Source of the DNA: a bacterium
GTDB taxonomy: Bacteria > Patescibacteriota > Patescibacteriia > 2-01-FULL-39-33
Assembly: GCA_029558735.1 (NCBI GenBank)
Contig: JAKQDP010000047.1
Span: 209-64,208, forward strand
Direction: 5' to 3'
DNA length: 64,000 bases
Shown here: positions 39,018 through 47,597 of the stretch, piece after piece
How the letters are laid out: every line of letters begins with the position of its first letter
How positions within the stretch are numbered: the stretch's first letter is position 1
Notes under the pieces: generated by a model
Told to the model about the DNA's origin: nothing
Seen by the model: the letters and a program-made list of their open reading frames with translations, nothing else
Databases searched by the model: none
Position numbers and translations under genes: made by a program

Positions 39018-39482
39018 ATGGGAATAATTGCTAAAAATAAAAATGCCCTGTTTAACTACGAAGTTTTGGAGACCTATCAGGCCGGCATTGTCTTGAGCGG
39101 CCCAGAGGTCAAATCAGTTAAAACCGGCCACATCCAACTCAAGGGTAGTTATGTCACCATTGACGCTAACCAGGAAGTCTGGCTTATTGGCGCCTATATT
39201 TCTCCCTACAAACCGGCGGCTCATTCCCAGACGAGCTACCACCCCAATCAGCGACGGAAGCTGTTATTGAACAAAAAAGAAATTAATTCCTTAATGGGGA
39301 AAACCAAACAAAAAGGCTTGACAATTATCCCAATTTCAGTATATACTAACAAAAGATTAATCAAAATTGATTTGGCGCTGGCGCGGGGCAAAACCCGAGT
39401 CGATAAACGAGAAACCATCAAAAAACGAGAAACCGCCAGAGAGATTAATCGCGCCCTACGGTCAAAAAATAATGGCCGCTAA
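39018..39482 (+). CDS. smpB: SsrA-binding protein
   Basis: AGIVLSGPEVKS, RKLLL, DKRE; adjacent to tmRNA. Confidence 0.96.
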   Translation: MGIIAKNKNALFNYEVLETYQAGIVLSGPEVKSVKTGHIQLKGSYVTIDANQEVWLIGAYISPYKPAAHSQTSYHPNQRRKLLLNKKEINSLMGKTKQKGLTIIPISVYTNKRLIKIDLALARGKTRVDKRETIKKRETAREINRALRSKNNGR

Positions 39483-39486
39483 AACT

Positions 39487-39872
39487 GGGGATGTATCGCT
39501 TCGATAGGAATAATTTAAAAATTAACAAGCCGAGGTCGGTGTTACCTCGCTAAACCTGCCGACTAAGATAAGTGCAAACAACTTATTTGCCAAATTAAAA
39601 TCTGCTTTCAGCGGATTGGCTTTGGCTCCTGCCGTTGCTTAATTTAGCTTAACGGCCATCGCCTTGCCTTAGGCCCGACGGGCAACTAGCGGTGTTATAT
39701 TATCGGGCTCGGTGATAATCCCGCCTTGAGATTATCACTTAAAACTCCAAGGCCAAGCTGTTGCCGTTTTGCTCCTTTTTACAGGCAACAGACTAAAATA
39801 AAAAGGAGCTAAGCTTGTAGTTTAATTTTTAATCCTTATTCTTAGACAGGGGCTCATTACCCCTCATCTCCA
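39487..39872 (+). ncRNA. ssrA: tmRNA
   Basis: GGGGATG/CATCTCC-A acceptor with G3-U70; tag frame 39574-39642 ANNLFAKLKSAFSGLALAPAVA*; directly follows smpB. Confidence 0.92.
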
Positions 39873-39891
39873 CTGATAAATAAATAAAATA

Positions 39892-40455
39892 ATGCGCAGA
39901 TCCTTTAGGGGAAGAAAAAAAACCACCGCCGCCGTCAATGCTAAAATGTTGCGGGCAAACGAAAAAATCTTTGCCAGACGGCTGATGCTGATTGACGAAA
40001 CCGGCAATAATCTGGGAGAGATGTCCAAAGAAGAGGCGCTCCGCCGGGCAACTGAGGCCGACTTAGACTTGGTAGAAGTATCGCCGAAAGCCAACCCGCC
40101 CATCTGCCGGCTAATGAACTATGGCAGTTACAAATATCAACAAGAAAAAAAAGAGAAGAAACAAAAAGCCCAAAACAAAGGCGGCGAAGTTAAGACGGTC
40201 AAAATGTCTTTCCGTATTAGTCAACATGACAAAGAAATCAGAGCCAAAAGAGTCTTGAAATTTCTTGGAGAAAACAACAAAGTCCGAATAGAGATGCAAC
40301 TCCGAGGTCGAGAAAACCAACACACCGACCTGGCCAAAGAAAATATCAAAAATATGATTGACGAAATAAATAACCAACTAATAAACAAGGAAATAAAAAT
40401 CGAGCAAGAGATAAAAAAGCAAGGTAATAAATTATCAGCCGTTATAACCTTATAA
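39892..40455 (+). CDS. infC: Translation initiation factor IF-3
   Basis: DLVEVSPKANPPICR, YKYQ, RGRE; infC-rpmI-rplT order. Confidence 0.95.
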   Translation: MRRSFRGRKKTTAAVNAKMLRANEKIFARRLMLIDETGNNLGEMSKEEALRRATEADLDLVEVSPKANPPICRLMNYGSYKYQQEKKEKKQKAQNKGGEVKTVKMSFRISQHDKEIRAKRVLKFLGENNKVRIEMQLRGRENQHTDLAKENIKNMIDEINNQLINKEIKIEQEIKKQGNKLSAVITL

Positions 40456-40475
40456 ACATCAATAACCGTAAGACT

Positions 40476-40673
40476 ATGCCCAAGATAAAAACCAGAAAAG
40501 CCGTAACTAAAAGATTTACTGTCACCAAAAAGAAAAAGGTCATCAAAAGAACTGGCGGCCAGGATCATTTTAATGCCCGCGAATCCGGCAACACCAAGAG
40601 AAACAAACGGCGGGACAGCCAAATTGCCAAGGCCGACCAAAAGAACATCAAAAAGTTCATACCCTACGCCTAA
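40476..40673 (+). CDS. rpmI: 50S ribosomal protein L35
   Basis: MPKIKTRKAVTKRF. Confidence 0.95.
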   Translation: MPKIKTRKAVTKRFTVTKKKKVIKRTGGQDHFNARESGNTKRNKRRDSQIAKADQKNIKKFIPYA

Positions 40674-40698
40674 TTTATTATTTTTTAAATCTTAAACA

Positions 40699-41043
40699 AT
40701 GCCCAGAGTAAAACGAGGAGTCATCCACACCAAGAGCCGAAAAAATATCCTCAAGAAAGCCAAAGGCTATAAATGGGGACGAAAAAAATTAATCAAACTG
40801 GCCACAACCGCGGTCACCAAAGCCGGCGCCTATTCTTATCGCGACCGTAAAGTCAAAAAGAGAGTCAATCGCCAATTGTGGCAGGTTCAGCTCAATGCCG
40901 CCGCCAGAGAATATGGACTGAGCTACAGTCAATTTATTGCCGGCCTTAGAAAAGCCAAAATAGAATTGGACCGCAAAGTACTAGCGGAAATCGCTAAAAA
41001 AGAGCCAAAAATATTTGCCAAGATTATAGAAAAAATCAAATAA
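40699..41043 (+). CDS. rplT: 50S ribosomal protein L20
   Basis: MPRVKRG, YRDRKVKKR, LDRKVLAE. Confidence 0.97.
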   Translation: MPRVKRGVIHTKSRKNILKKAKGYKWGRKKLIKLATTAVTKAGAYSYRDRKVKKRVNRQLWQVQLNAAAREYGLSYSQFIAGLRKAKIELDRKVLAEIAKKEPKIFAKIIEKIK

Positions 41044-41049
41044 CCTATC

Positions 41050-41094
41050 AATATAAAAATCCCGGCTCAGTTGTTGAATCGGGATTTTTATATT
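41050..41094 (+). terminator. Intrinsic terminator after rplT
   Basis: TATAAAAATCCCGGCTCA...TGAATCGGGATTTTTATA. Confidence 0.7.
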
Positions 41095-41121
41095 GACTTT
41101 CCATAAAATTACTGCTAAAAT
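41093..41121 (+). promoter_or_regulatory. Sigma70 promoter upstream of the tRNA-Asp locus
   Basis: TTGACT-17-TAAAAT. Confidence 0.6.
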
Positions 41122-41273
41122 AACTTCTGACGCATTAGTTGGAATACCGAATATAATCCAAATGCAGAAAAGAAATAATTAGAAAATAGAAACTATTTCG
41201 CCTTCTCGCTCAACTCGGGTAGAAAAATGGTTCCCTCGACCGAATGTGACAATTTATAATTTAAAAACGCTTG

Positions 41274-41366
41274 GGGGGCGTACCTGCCCGCCTTGGGTGG
41301 GGCTCACAGTTTGGTTACCTGTCCGCCTTTGGTGGAGAGCGCTGCCCTGTCACGGCAGAGGGTCGA
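41274..41366 (+). pseudogene. Degenerate 5' portion of a tRNA-Asp(GTC), interrupted by hairpin micro-insertions
   Basis: GGGGGCG-TA-[19 nt]-GCTCA-CA-GTTTGGTTA-[19 nt]-GAGCGCTGCCCTGTCACGGCAGAGG; apart from the inserts, D and anticodon arms match the intact tRNA-Asp. Confidence 0.85.
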
Positions 41367-41387
41367 AGTCCGCCCCAGGCGGACGAG

Positions 41388-41497
41388 ACGGGCAGAAGCG
41401 AAACAATTCGCCGATAGGCGAATGAGCTGAGCGTCGCTGAATGCGACCCCTGGGAGCATTCAGCGCTGCCCGGGAACGTCGGGTGTAACCCGCGACC
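41388..41497. repeat. tRNA-associated structured element, copy 2
   Basis: Same conserved blocks as 23068-23140, with different internal hairpins. Confidence 0.7.
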
Positions 41498-41529
41498 GAA
41501 ACAATTTTAACAATCAATTATCAATTTAT

Positions 41530-41607
41530 GGACCGGTAGCTCAGTTTGGTTAGAGCGCTGCCCTGTCACGGCAGAGGTCGCGGGTTCAAGTCCCGTCCGG
41601 TCCGCCA
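41530..41607 (+). tRNA. tRNA-Asp (GTC)
   Basis: GGACCGG/CCGGTCC acceptor, G73, CCA, anticodon arm CTGCC-CTGTCAC-GGCAG. Confidence 0.96.
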
Positions 41608-43098
41608 ATCGCAACAGAGAGCCCTTTGATACACTCTATCAAAGGGTTTTTTATATGCTATACTTATGTTTTTGTCTTTAAGTGTAGAGTTCAAAAGTAA
41701 AAAATTAAGTAGTTCTTGTTTTTCCTCTGATTTGGCATTTTCATAAAGTAAACTCGCCATATTTGAGAGTTCCAAAATATTTATGCCTGTTCGGTAATAA
41801 TCAATGTTAGCTTTTGTTAGCTTGCTTAATTTATCATTTAAGTCCTCAATCTTTTTCTCATATTCGCCAGCTTTTTTATTGTAATAATCTTTTGTAATTG
41901 TCCTGTCCAACCTATCCTCGTATAGTGTGTCTAAACTGCTCTCTAAACGCCGTTTTTCGTCCTCTAACGCCTCTCTGGTCTTGTCTTCGGTATTCCTCTT
42001 AAACTGCAAAGAGCCCTTTAATCCCTCTGCCACATACAATATAGTATCTTGGGAGGGCAGTTTTATGCCCTCCAAATATTTAGCTATTTGTCCGTCTAAT
42101 TCCTCCTCTTTTGCTGGCTGTTGGGAGCAATCTGTTTTGTATTTAGTGCAACTATAATAAACATATTCTCTCCCAGACGGCTTGGTTTTGCGTATAGCGG
42201 TAATATTCCTCCCACACTCCCCGCATTTCATTAAGCCCTTAAAAGTAAAATCCAAAGTGTTGTATTTAGAAAGCATTTTTTTATTCTGAAATCTATCTAA
42301 AACATTTTGGACTTTATTCCAAAGCTCTTTGGTTATAAGCGGTTCGTGTGTGCCTTTATATAACTTATCTTTCCAAATAAAATCTCCATAATAAAACGGA
42401 TTGCGTAAAATCCTTTGTGCCGTGCTTTTTGTTATATTTTTTAATTTAGTATTTTGGGGAAAATTAGCGGGTATTAACAAGCCCTCGTCTTTTACTTTTT
42501 TAATTAAACTATCAAGAGAATATAAACCAGTAGAATAATACTCAAACATCTTAATTGCCAATGTCTTATTTTTCTCATCAATCACTGGCACGCTTTTATT
42601 ATTCTGCTTTTCCAGTTTATAGCCCAGTGGCGGAGTGCTACAAGGATAAACTCCGCTTTCCGCTTTTTGAGCCAATCCTTTTTTAACTTCCTCGCTTAAA
42701 TTATCAATATAATTCTTAGCCATTAAAACCTTTATCCCGTGCATAAATTTTTGGTGGGAGTTTGCGTCTTTTCCTATCCTTTCGTTTTCCTTAACTAAAA
42801 CAACCGTTATACCGAGTTCGTCTATAATTACGTAGTCCTTAAAATTTCGGTATAAGCGGTCTGTTTTTTCTACTAATAAATTATCTACTTTTTTGTTCTG
42901 CTCTAAATACTCAACCATTTGCGAAAAGCCAGTCCTGCCAGCTTGCTTGGCGGTTTCGTCATCTTCAAACTCCTTAACAACCTTAAAACCATTTACTCTG
43001 GCATACTCCCAAAGCAGTTTTTTCTGAGCTGGTATTGAGTAGCCCTCGTCTTTCTGCTCTTTTGAGGATACTCGGACATAGATGACTGCTTGTTTCAT
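41566..43098 (-). CDS. Large serine recombinase (resolvase, recombinase and zinc ribbon domains)
   Basis: YVRVSS catalytic Ser, DRLYRN, PLGY, RNPFYYG, KCGECG; 3' end overlaps tRNA-Asp antisense. Confidence 0.95.
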   Translation of the reverse strand: MKQAVIYVRVSSKEQKDEGYSIPAQKKLLWEYARVNGFKVVKEFEDDETAKQAGRTGFSQMVEYLEQNKKVDNLLVEKTDRLYRNFKDYVIIDELGITVVLVKENERIGKDANSHQKFMHGIKVLMAKNYIDNLSEEVKKGLAQKAESGVYPCSTPPLGYKLEKQNNKSVPVIDEKNKTLAIKMFEYYSTGLYSLDSLIKKVKDEGLLIPANFPQNTKLKNITKSTAQRILRNPFYYGDFIWKDKLYKGTHEPLITKELWNKVQNVLDRFQNKKMLSKYNTLDFTFKGLMKCGECGRNITAIRKTKPSGREYVYYSCTKYKTDCSQQPAKEEELDGQIAKYLEGIKLPSQDTILYVAEGLKGSLQFKRNTEDKTREALEDEKRRLESSLDTLYEDRLDRTITKDYYNKKAGEYEKKIEDLNDKLSKLTKANIDYYRTGINILELSNMASLLYENAKSEEKQELLNFLLLNSTLKDKNISIAYKKPFDRVYQRALCCDWRTGRDLNPRPLP

Positions 43099-43101
43099 AA
43101 G

Positions 43102-44493
43102 CTATTTACTTTTCTCAATCAAACCCTCAACAAATTGTTTAGCTTCTTCCAACTTTTCTTTTGACTCTCTTTTTTCTTTCAAAGATAATTTGATTAACTT
43201 TTCAATCTCTTTGCTTTTATCACTCTTAGACAATTTCAATAAATCTTTTGGAATTTTTATTTTTTTAACATCTTTGGGATATAAGTGAGAGGTTTGTCCT
43301 TTAACCTGCCTTTGTATAAGCTCATAGCCAACCTGCGAACGCATAAACAAAAGTAATACATAAGGGTTAATATCCGTCTTGGCTTTTATTGTTATTATTT
43401 CCGCCACTGTAAAAACTTTTTTAAATTCATCTGGTATATAATCAACAATATCAATCTTACTGCCGATATAACTGGCTTGGTGAGCGGCACAACCCAAAAC
43501 AATATTATCTTGCTCCAATGAGTTTTTATATTTATTGGAAATTTCCTCTTTAACAAAACCTCGCTCCTCATTCTCCCAATCAATGCCATTGCCTCTTATA
43601 GCTCTAAACTTCATAATTCTATTGCCACTCTCAACATAATCATCAAAGGCGGGAGTTTTACCAATTAAAACATCTGCCACATCACCCAATAAAATAAACT
43701 CATTTGGATTTTTTTCGTATTCATTTTCAAAATAGAAAAACGGGTCAATCCTATCTAATATATTTATTTCATTATTCCACTTAACAAATGATTTTTCCTT
43801 TTTGGAAATGTCTAAATATTTATTCAGCTCTTTATTAAAAATATCAACTGTTTTTTGATAATTATCTTTTGACTTTTCTAATAAACTCCAATAAATTTCT
43901 ATTATTTCTTTTACCTTTTCTTTTTCACTTGATTTTAATTCTGGCAATGTAATATTTCTAAAAAAATTCAAATCTAAAAATGGTCTTGTGCCAGCGTGAG
44001 CCATTATCTCAATTTTTTCTTTAAATAGGTTAGTTTTCAAAAAGGCATATAAAAAATAAACATTTAATTCATTTTTTGTTCTTAAAATCATTGCATTCTG
44101 GTTCATCAGTATTTTAGGGATAACTCTTGGCATTAAAAAACATTTCCCAACAGTATTGCCTGTAACAGTTATAACTATATCAAGAGGTTTAATTCTAAAA
44201 TTGGAATATTTATCCCAAAAACCATTATCAACCATTGCCAATCCATTAAAATCAATAACATCATCTATGTCTGATACTCTAAAAATACCAATCTCTCCAT
44301 TTGGTAAATAATCGGTGCTTTTAAACGCAAAACCCTTTATATAATCAGCAAAATCAAAAACATTATTATTTGAATATTTACTGGTATTTTGTTTTTCTGG
44401 GTCGTAAAAAGAAGTATCGCCTCTTTTAGTAAAATCAATCTGATAATTCCAAAGAATAAAACAATTATTTGTTTTTACATTTTCCTTTACCAT
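43102..44493 (-). CDS. Restriction-modification specificity (HsdS-like) subunit
   Basis: Two TRD-like repeats (GFAFKS...DIVITVTGNTVGK and LGDVADVLIGKTP) with helical linkers. Confidence 0.85.
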   Translation of the reverse strand: MVKENVKTNNCFILWNYQIDFTKRGDTSFYDPEKQNTSKYSNNNVFDFADYIKGFAFKSTDYLPNGEIGIFRVSDIDDVIDFNGLAMVDNGFWDKYSNFRIKPLDIVITVTGNTVGKCFLMPRVIPKILMNQNAMILRTKNELNVYFLYAFLKTNLFKEKIEIMAHAGTRPFLDLNFFRNITLPELKSSEKEKVKEIIEIYWSLLEKSKDNYQKTVDIFNKELNKYLDISKKEKSFVKWNNEINILDRIDPFFYFENEYEKNPNEFILLGDVADVLIGKTPAFDDYVESGNRIMKFRAIRGNGIDWENEERGFVKEEISNKYKNSLEQDNIVLGCAAHQASYIGSKIDIVDYIPDEFKKVFTVAEIITIKAKTDINPYVLLLFMRSQVGYELIQRQVKGQTSHLYPKDVKKIKIPKDLLKLSKSDKSKEIEKLIKLSLKEKRESKEKLEEAKQFVEGLIEKSK

Positions 44494-46430
44494 AAATAAC
44501 TCTTATATTGTTTTTTAAACTTATCCCATTCCTTCAAAATCTCTGGGACATCAGTGTCCAAAGCTCCTTGCATTTCAACCAAAAGCGGGTCTTGTTTTGT
44601 TTTCTTACCTTTCTTATCGGTTAAATATTCAATCGGTCTATCCTCCCAATCAACCACTTCGCCCTTATTGTTTCGCTTATAGGTTTTTCTGCCTCTAATG
44701 TCATATCCTATTCTTTCTATATTGGCAAAAAATATCGGGTATTTTTCTGGGAGCTTGCCGTCTTTCGGCTTTTTAATAAATAGCACACTTGATTTTACTC
44801 CCGCTCCAAACGGGACAAAAGTTTCCTGAGGCAAACTAACAACTGAAATAATCTGCACTTTATCTTTTAGCCAAGCCCTTACAAACTCGGTATTCTGATT
44901 AGTTAAATCGCCGTCTGGCAAAACTATCGCCATTCTGCCACCCTCTTTAAGCAGTCCAATACACCGCTCAATAAACAAAATATCTGGCACTTGTCCGCCC
45001 CCTTTCTTGCCTGCCAATAATTTGCCTTTCTCAAATTCACCAGTCGCTTTATCTTTTTTCCAAGTATAGCCAAAATCATAATCAGCTAAAATATTTTGGT
45101 CTGACACTTTTCCTTTTGAGCCAAAAGGCGGGTTGGTCATTATAATATCAATGCTTTCTCTGGTAATTGTTTGATTAGTATTTTTACCCAGCTCGGAATA
45201 AGGAATAAGAGCATTGGAAGTCCAAATCCCAGTGTGTCCGTCATCAATCATTACCATATACATCTTGGCGACCTTAGTTAAATCATTATCAAAATCAATG
45301 CCTTTTATATGAGTAGTCGCATATTCTTTGATATTTCCTCTTAAAATTTCCCTTTGGTCTTTTGTTAGTTCACTGTCTTTAATTGGATTGCCATTTTCAT
45401 CAAGCCAGCCACGCTGTTTTTTAACCAAGTCCCTAAAATAATTAACCGCAAACACCAAAAAGCCAGATGACCCACAAGCTGGGTCAAGCACAACCTCGTC
45501 TGGTTCTGGCTCTAACATTTCAACAACAAGTTTTTTAATCGGGTCGGGAGTAAAAAATTGCCCAGCGTCTCCCCGAAAATATGCTCCCAAGAAAGATTGA
45601 AATGCCTCACCCTTAATATCGGTATCTAAGATTGTTATATTTTCAAACTCACGGACAACATTAGCAATCTGCCTTGTTGGTATTTCTATTTTTTCACTGC
45701 CGTCAAATATGTCTTTAAATTCTTGTCGGCTTTTTGCCTCATTAAATAAATCAAAAACTCTATTTTCAAATGCTTTACTTTTTCCAGTAGCTAAAATATC
45801 GTCCCATTCTCTATCATAAATAACAAATTTACATTCTTTATCAAAACTTTTTTCATCTTGTATTTTGGCAAACAAAAGATAAATTACTTGATAAAAAACC
45901 TTTGCCTTATTGCCTGCTTTATAATTGGCGTAAATATCGTTGTGTATGCGGTCAAATTTGGCTTGTAGATTGCTTGACGGTCGCAAATCTTTTTTCATTA
46001 TCTTTTTATCGCCGTATTGCTCACCATAGCGGGGGAGATTGGCTTTTTCTTCATATCGGTCTGGCTCTTTTAGTCTTTTCCAATATTTAATTTCCAAGCC
46101 GTTTGTCCAAACTCCAATTTGAGCGGTAGTAGAATTTACATAACCCTTTAATTGTGGCTCGCCGTCTGGGAGTTTAGCGTCTGGCTCTTTGCACTCAACT
46201 ATAATATAGTGATTTTCTCGTCTGTCCTTATCTTGTGGAGACGGATAAATAACAATATCAGCTCTTTTTTTATCGTCTCTGCCCATTTGGATTGGCACTT
46301 CCAAATCAATATTTTCTTTTGGATAGCCATACTCCTCAACAAGCTGACGAGCATATTCCTGCCTGACTTTTTCTTCTGGCGTTTCGGTTATTTCCAAGCC
46401 CCTTATATAACAAGTAATTTTATTTGCCAT
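44487..46430 (-). CDS. Fused PD-(D/E)xK nuclease (HSDR_N-like) and N6-adenine methyltransferase, Type IIG/IIB-like
   Basis: PEEKVRQ, RADIVIY...IVECK; GQFFTP, DPACGSSGF, NPPF; no helicase HsdR in the element. Confidence 0.9.
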   Translation of the reverse strand: MANKITCYIRGLEITETPEEKVRQEYARQLVEEYGYPKENIDLEVPIQMGRDDKKRADIVIYPSPQDKDRRENHYIIVECKEPDAKLPDGEPQLKGYVNSTTAQIGVWTNGLEIKYWKRLKEPDRYEEKANLPRYGEQYGDKKIMKKDLRPSSNLQAKFDRIHNDIYANYKAGNKAKVFYQVIYLLFAKIQDEKSFDKECKFVIYDREWDDILATGKSKAFENRVFDLFNEAKSRQEFKDIFDGSEKIEIPTRQIANVVREFENITILDTDIKGEAFQSFLGAYFRGDAGQFFTPDPIKKLVVEMLEPEPDEVVLDPACGSSGFLVFAVNYFRDLVKKQRGWLDENGNPIKDSELTKDQREILRGNIKEYATTHIKGIDFDNDLTKVAKMYMVMIDDGHTGIWTSNALIPYSELGKNTNQTITRESIDIIMTNPPFGSKGKVSDQNILADYDFGYTWKKDKATGEFEKGKLLAGKKGGGQVPDILFIERCIGLLKEGGRMAIVLPDGDLTNQNTEFVRAWLKDKVQIISVVSLPQETFVPFGAGVKSSVLFIKKPKDGKLPEKYPIFFANIERIGYDIRGRKTYKRNNKGEVVDWEDRPIEYLTDKKGKKTKQDPLLVEMQGALDTDVPEILKEWDKFKKQYKSYLW

Positions 46431-46437
46431 AGTTTTA

Positions 46438-46623
46438 TTATTTAGTTTCTACTTTATTTAAAAAATTATTAAATTCATTCTCATCAATCCTAAACTCTTT
46501 GCCAATTTTATATGCCCTAACCTTACCCGCCTTTATATAGCGGTATATAGTCATATTTGATACTCGCAGTTTTTCTGCTAATTCTTCAACGAGATAAAAA
46601 TCTTTTTTATTTTTTTGTGTCAT
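46438..46623 (-). CDS. Excisionase-family HTH protein
   Basis: ELAEKLRVSNMTIYRYIKAGKVRAYKIGKEFRI. Confidence 0.9.
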   Translation of the reverse strand: MTQKNKKDFYLVEELAEKLRVSNMTIYRYIKAGKVRAYKIGKEFRIDENEFNNFLNKVETK

Positions 46624-47003
46624 AGTATAGTTCCCTCTGTTTTAGCTTTTTTAATTAACTTATCAAAATCAGCTTTTGGTATAAGCGGACAAAACTGTCC
46701 CCATCTCCATTTACCGTCAGCTCCGTTAATTTTCCCAACTATGTAATAACCAATTCTATATTCAATATCACCCTTTTTCCAACCTTTATAAGCTATTTTG
46801 CCCTCAATTTTTTCCTTTCTTAATCTTTCAATAATAAAAACTTTTTTATCAAGATTATGCTGAGGCATAAGAGTTATTGCTTCTTTTACAAAATAAAATC
46901 TGCCTTCCCTGCCAATATCTTTCATTCCAATCAGTTTATCTTTTTGCTTTTCAAATTGCTCTTTTTTCCTTTTGATAAATTGTTGAGCCGTTTCCGTTTT
47001 CAT
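46620..47003 (-). CDS. Hypothetical basic protein
   Basis: 127 aa, translationally coupled to both neighbours; EYRIGYYIVG...WRWGQFCPLIP. Confidence 0.75.
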   Translation of the reverse strand: MKTETAQQFIKRKKEQFEKQKDKLIGMKDIGREGRFYFVKEAITLMPQHNLDKKVFIIERLRKEKIEGKIAYKGWKKGDIEYRIGYYIVGKINGADGKWRWGQFCPLIPKADFDKLIKKAKTEGTIL

Positions 47004-47005
47004 TT

Positions 47006-47539
47006 TTAATATTTATATAAATTTTTGAAATTATCTTTGTTTAACATCTCTCTATGCATTGCAAAAAACACCTTGTCCATTTCTCTGGGAGTAATATTAT
47101 ATTTTTTTGCTAACCCTCTCATTGTCTTTAAATATTCAATCCAATTATTAACCGACATATTATTTGATAATTTAAAACCAAGTTTTTTTAACATTTCAAC
47201 ACATCTTATATCAATTATTGCATATCGCTCTGGAAAAACAACAGTTAATATCGCAGAGGCAGTCGGTATACCAACGCCAGACAAGGAACATAACAATTCT
47301 ATTTTTTTACTCTCATCATTCTCCCTAAAAGCCAATTTTGAAATTGATTTTATACTATCTTTATTTTTTAAATAATTCGGCTTTTGCCTGTTTGACTTCC
47401 ACATCGCAATAGCAAAAAAATCATCAAAATCTAAATAACCCTTTCTTTTTACTTGCTTGCCAATATTATTAAATAAAAAATATTCCAAATCATAAAACTC
47501 CAAATATTTTTTAATTTCTTGTTTTGTGAGCTTTTTCAT
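47006..47539 (-). CDS. HhH-superfamily DNA glycosylase-like protein
   Basis: WK motif, HhH LCSLSGVGIPTASAILT, downstream Asp (IIDIR), REMDKVF. Confidence 0.7.
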   Translation of the reverse strand: MKKLTKQEIKKYLEFYDLEYFLFNNIGKQVKRKGYLDFDDFFAIAMWKSNRQKPNYLKNKDSIKSISKLAFRENDESKKIELLCSLSGVGIPTASAILTVVFPERYAIIDIRCVEMLKKLGFKLSNNMSVNNWIEYLKTMRGLAKKYNITPREMDKVFFAMHREMLNKDNFKNLYKY

Positions 47540-47597
47540 TTTTAGTATTTATACTGAGGTAATGCTATGTTAGCATTATACCTCATTTAACAATAGT

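Noticed and set aside
39892-39894. infC starting with ATG rather than ATT
   Set aside because: The true start cannot be fixed from sequence alone, and an in-frame ATA immediately precedes the ATG.
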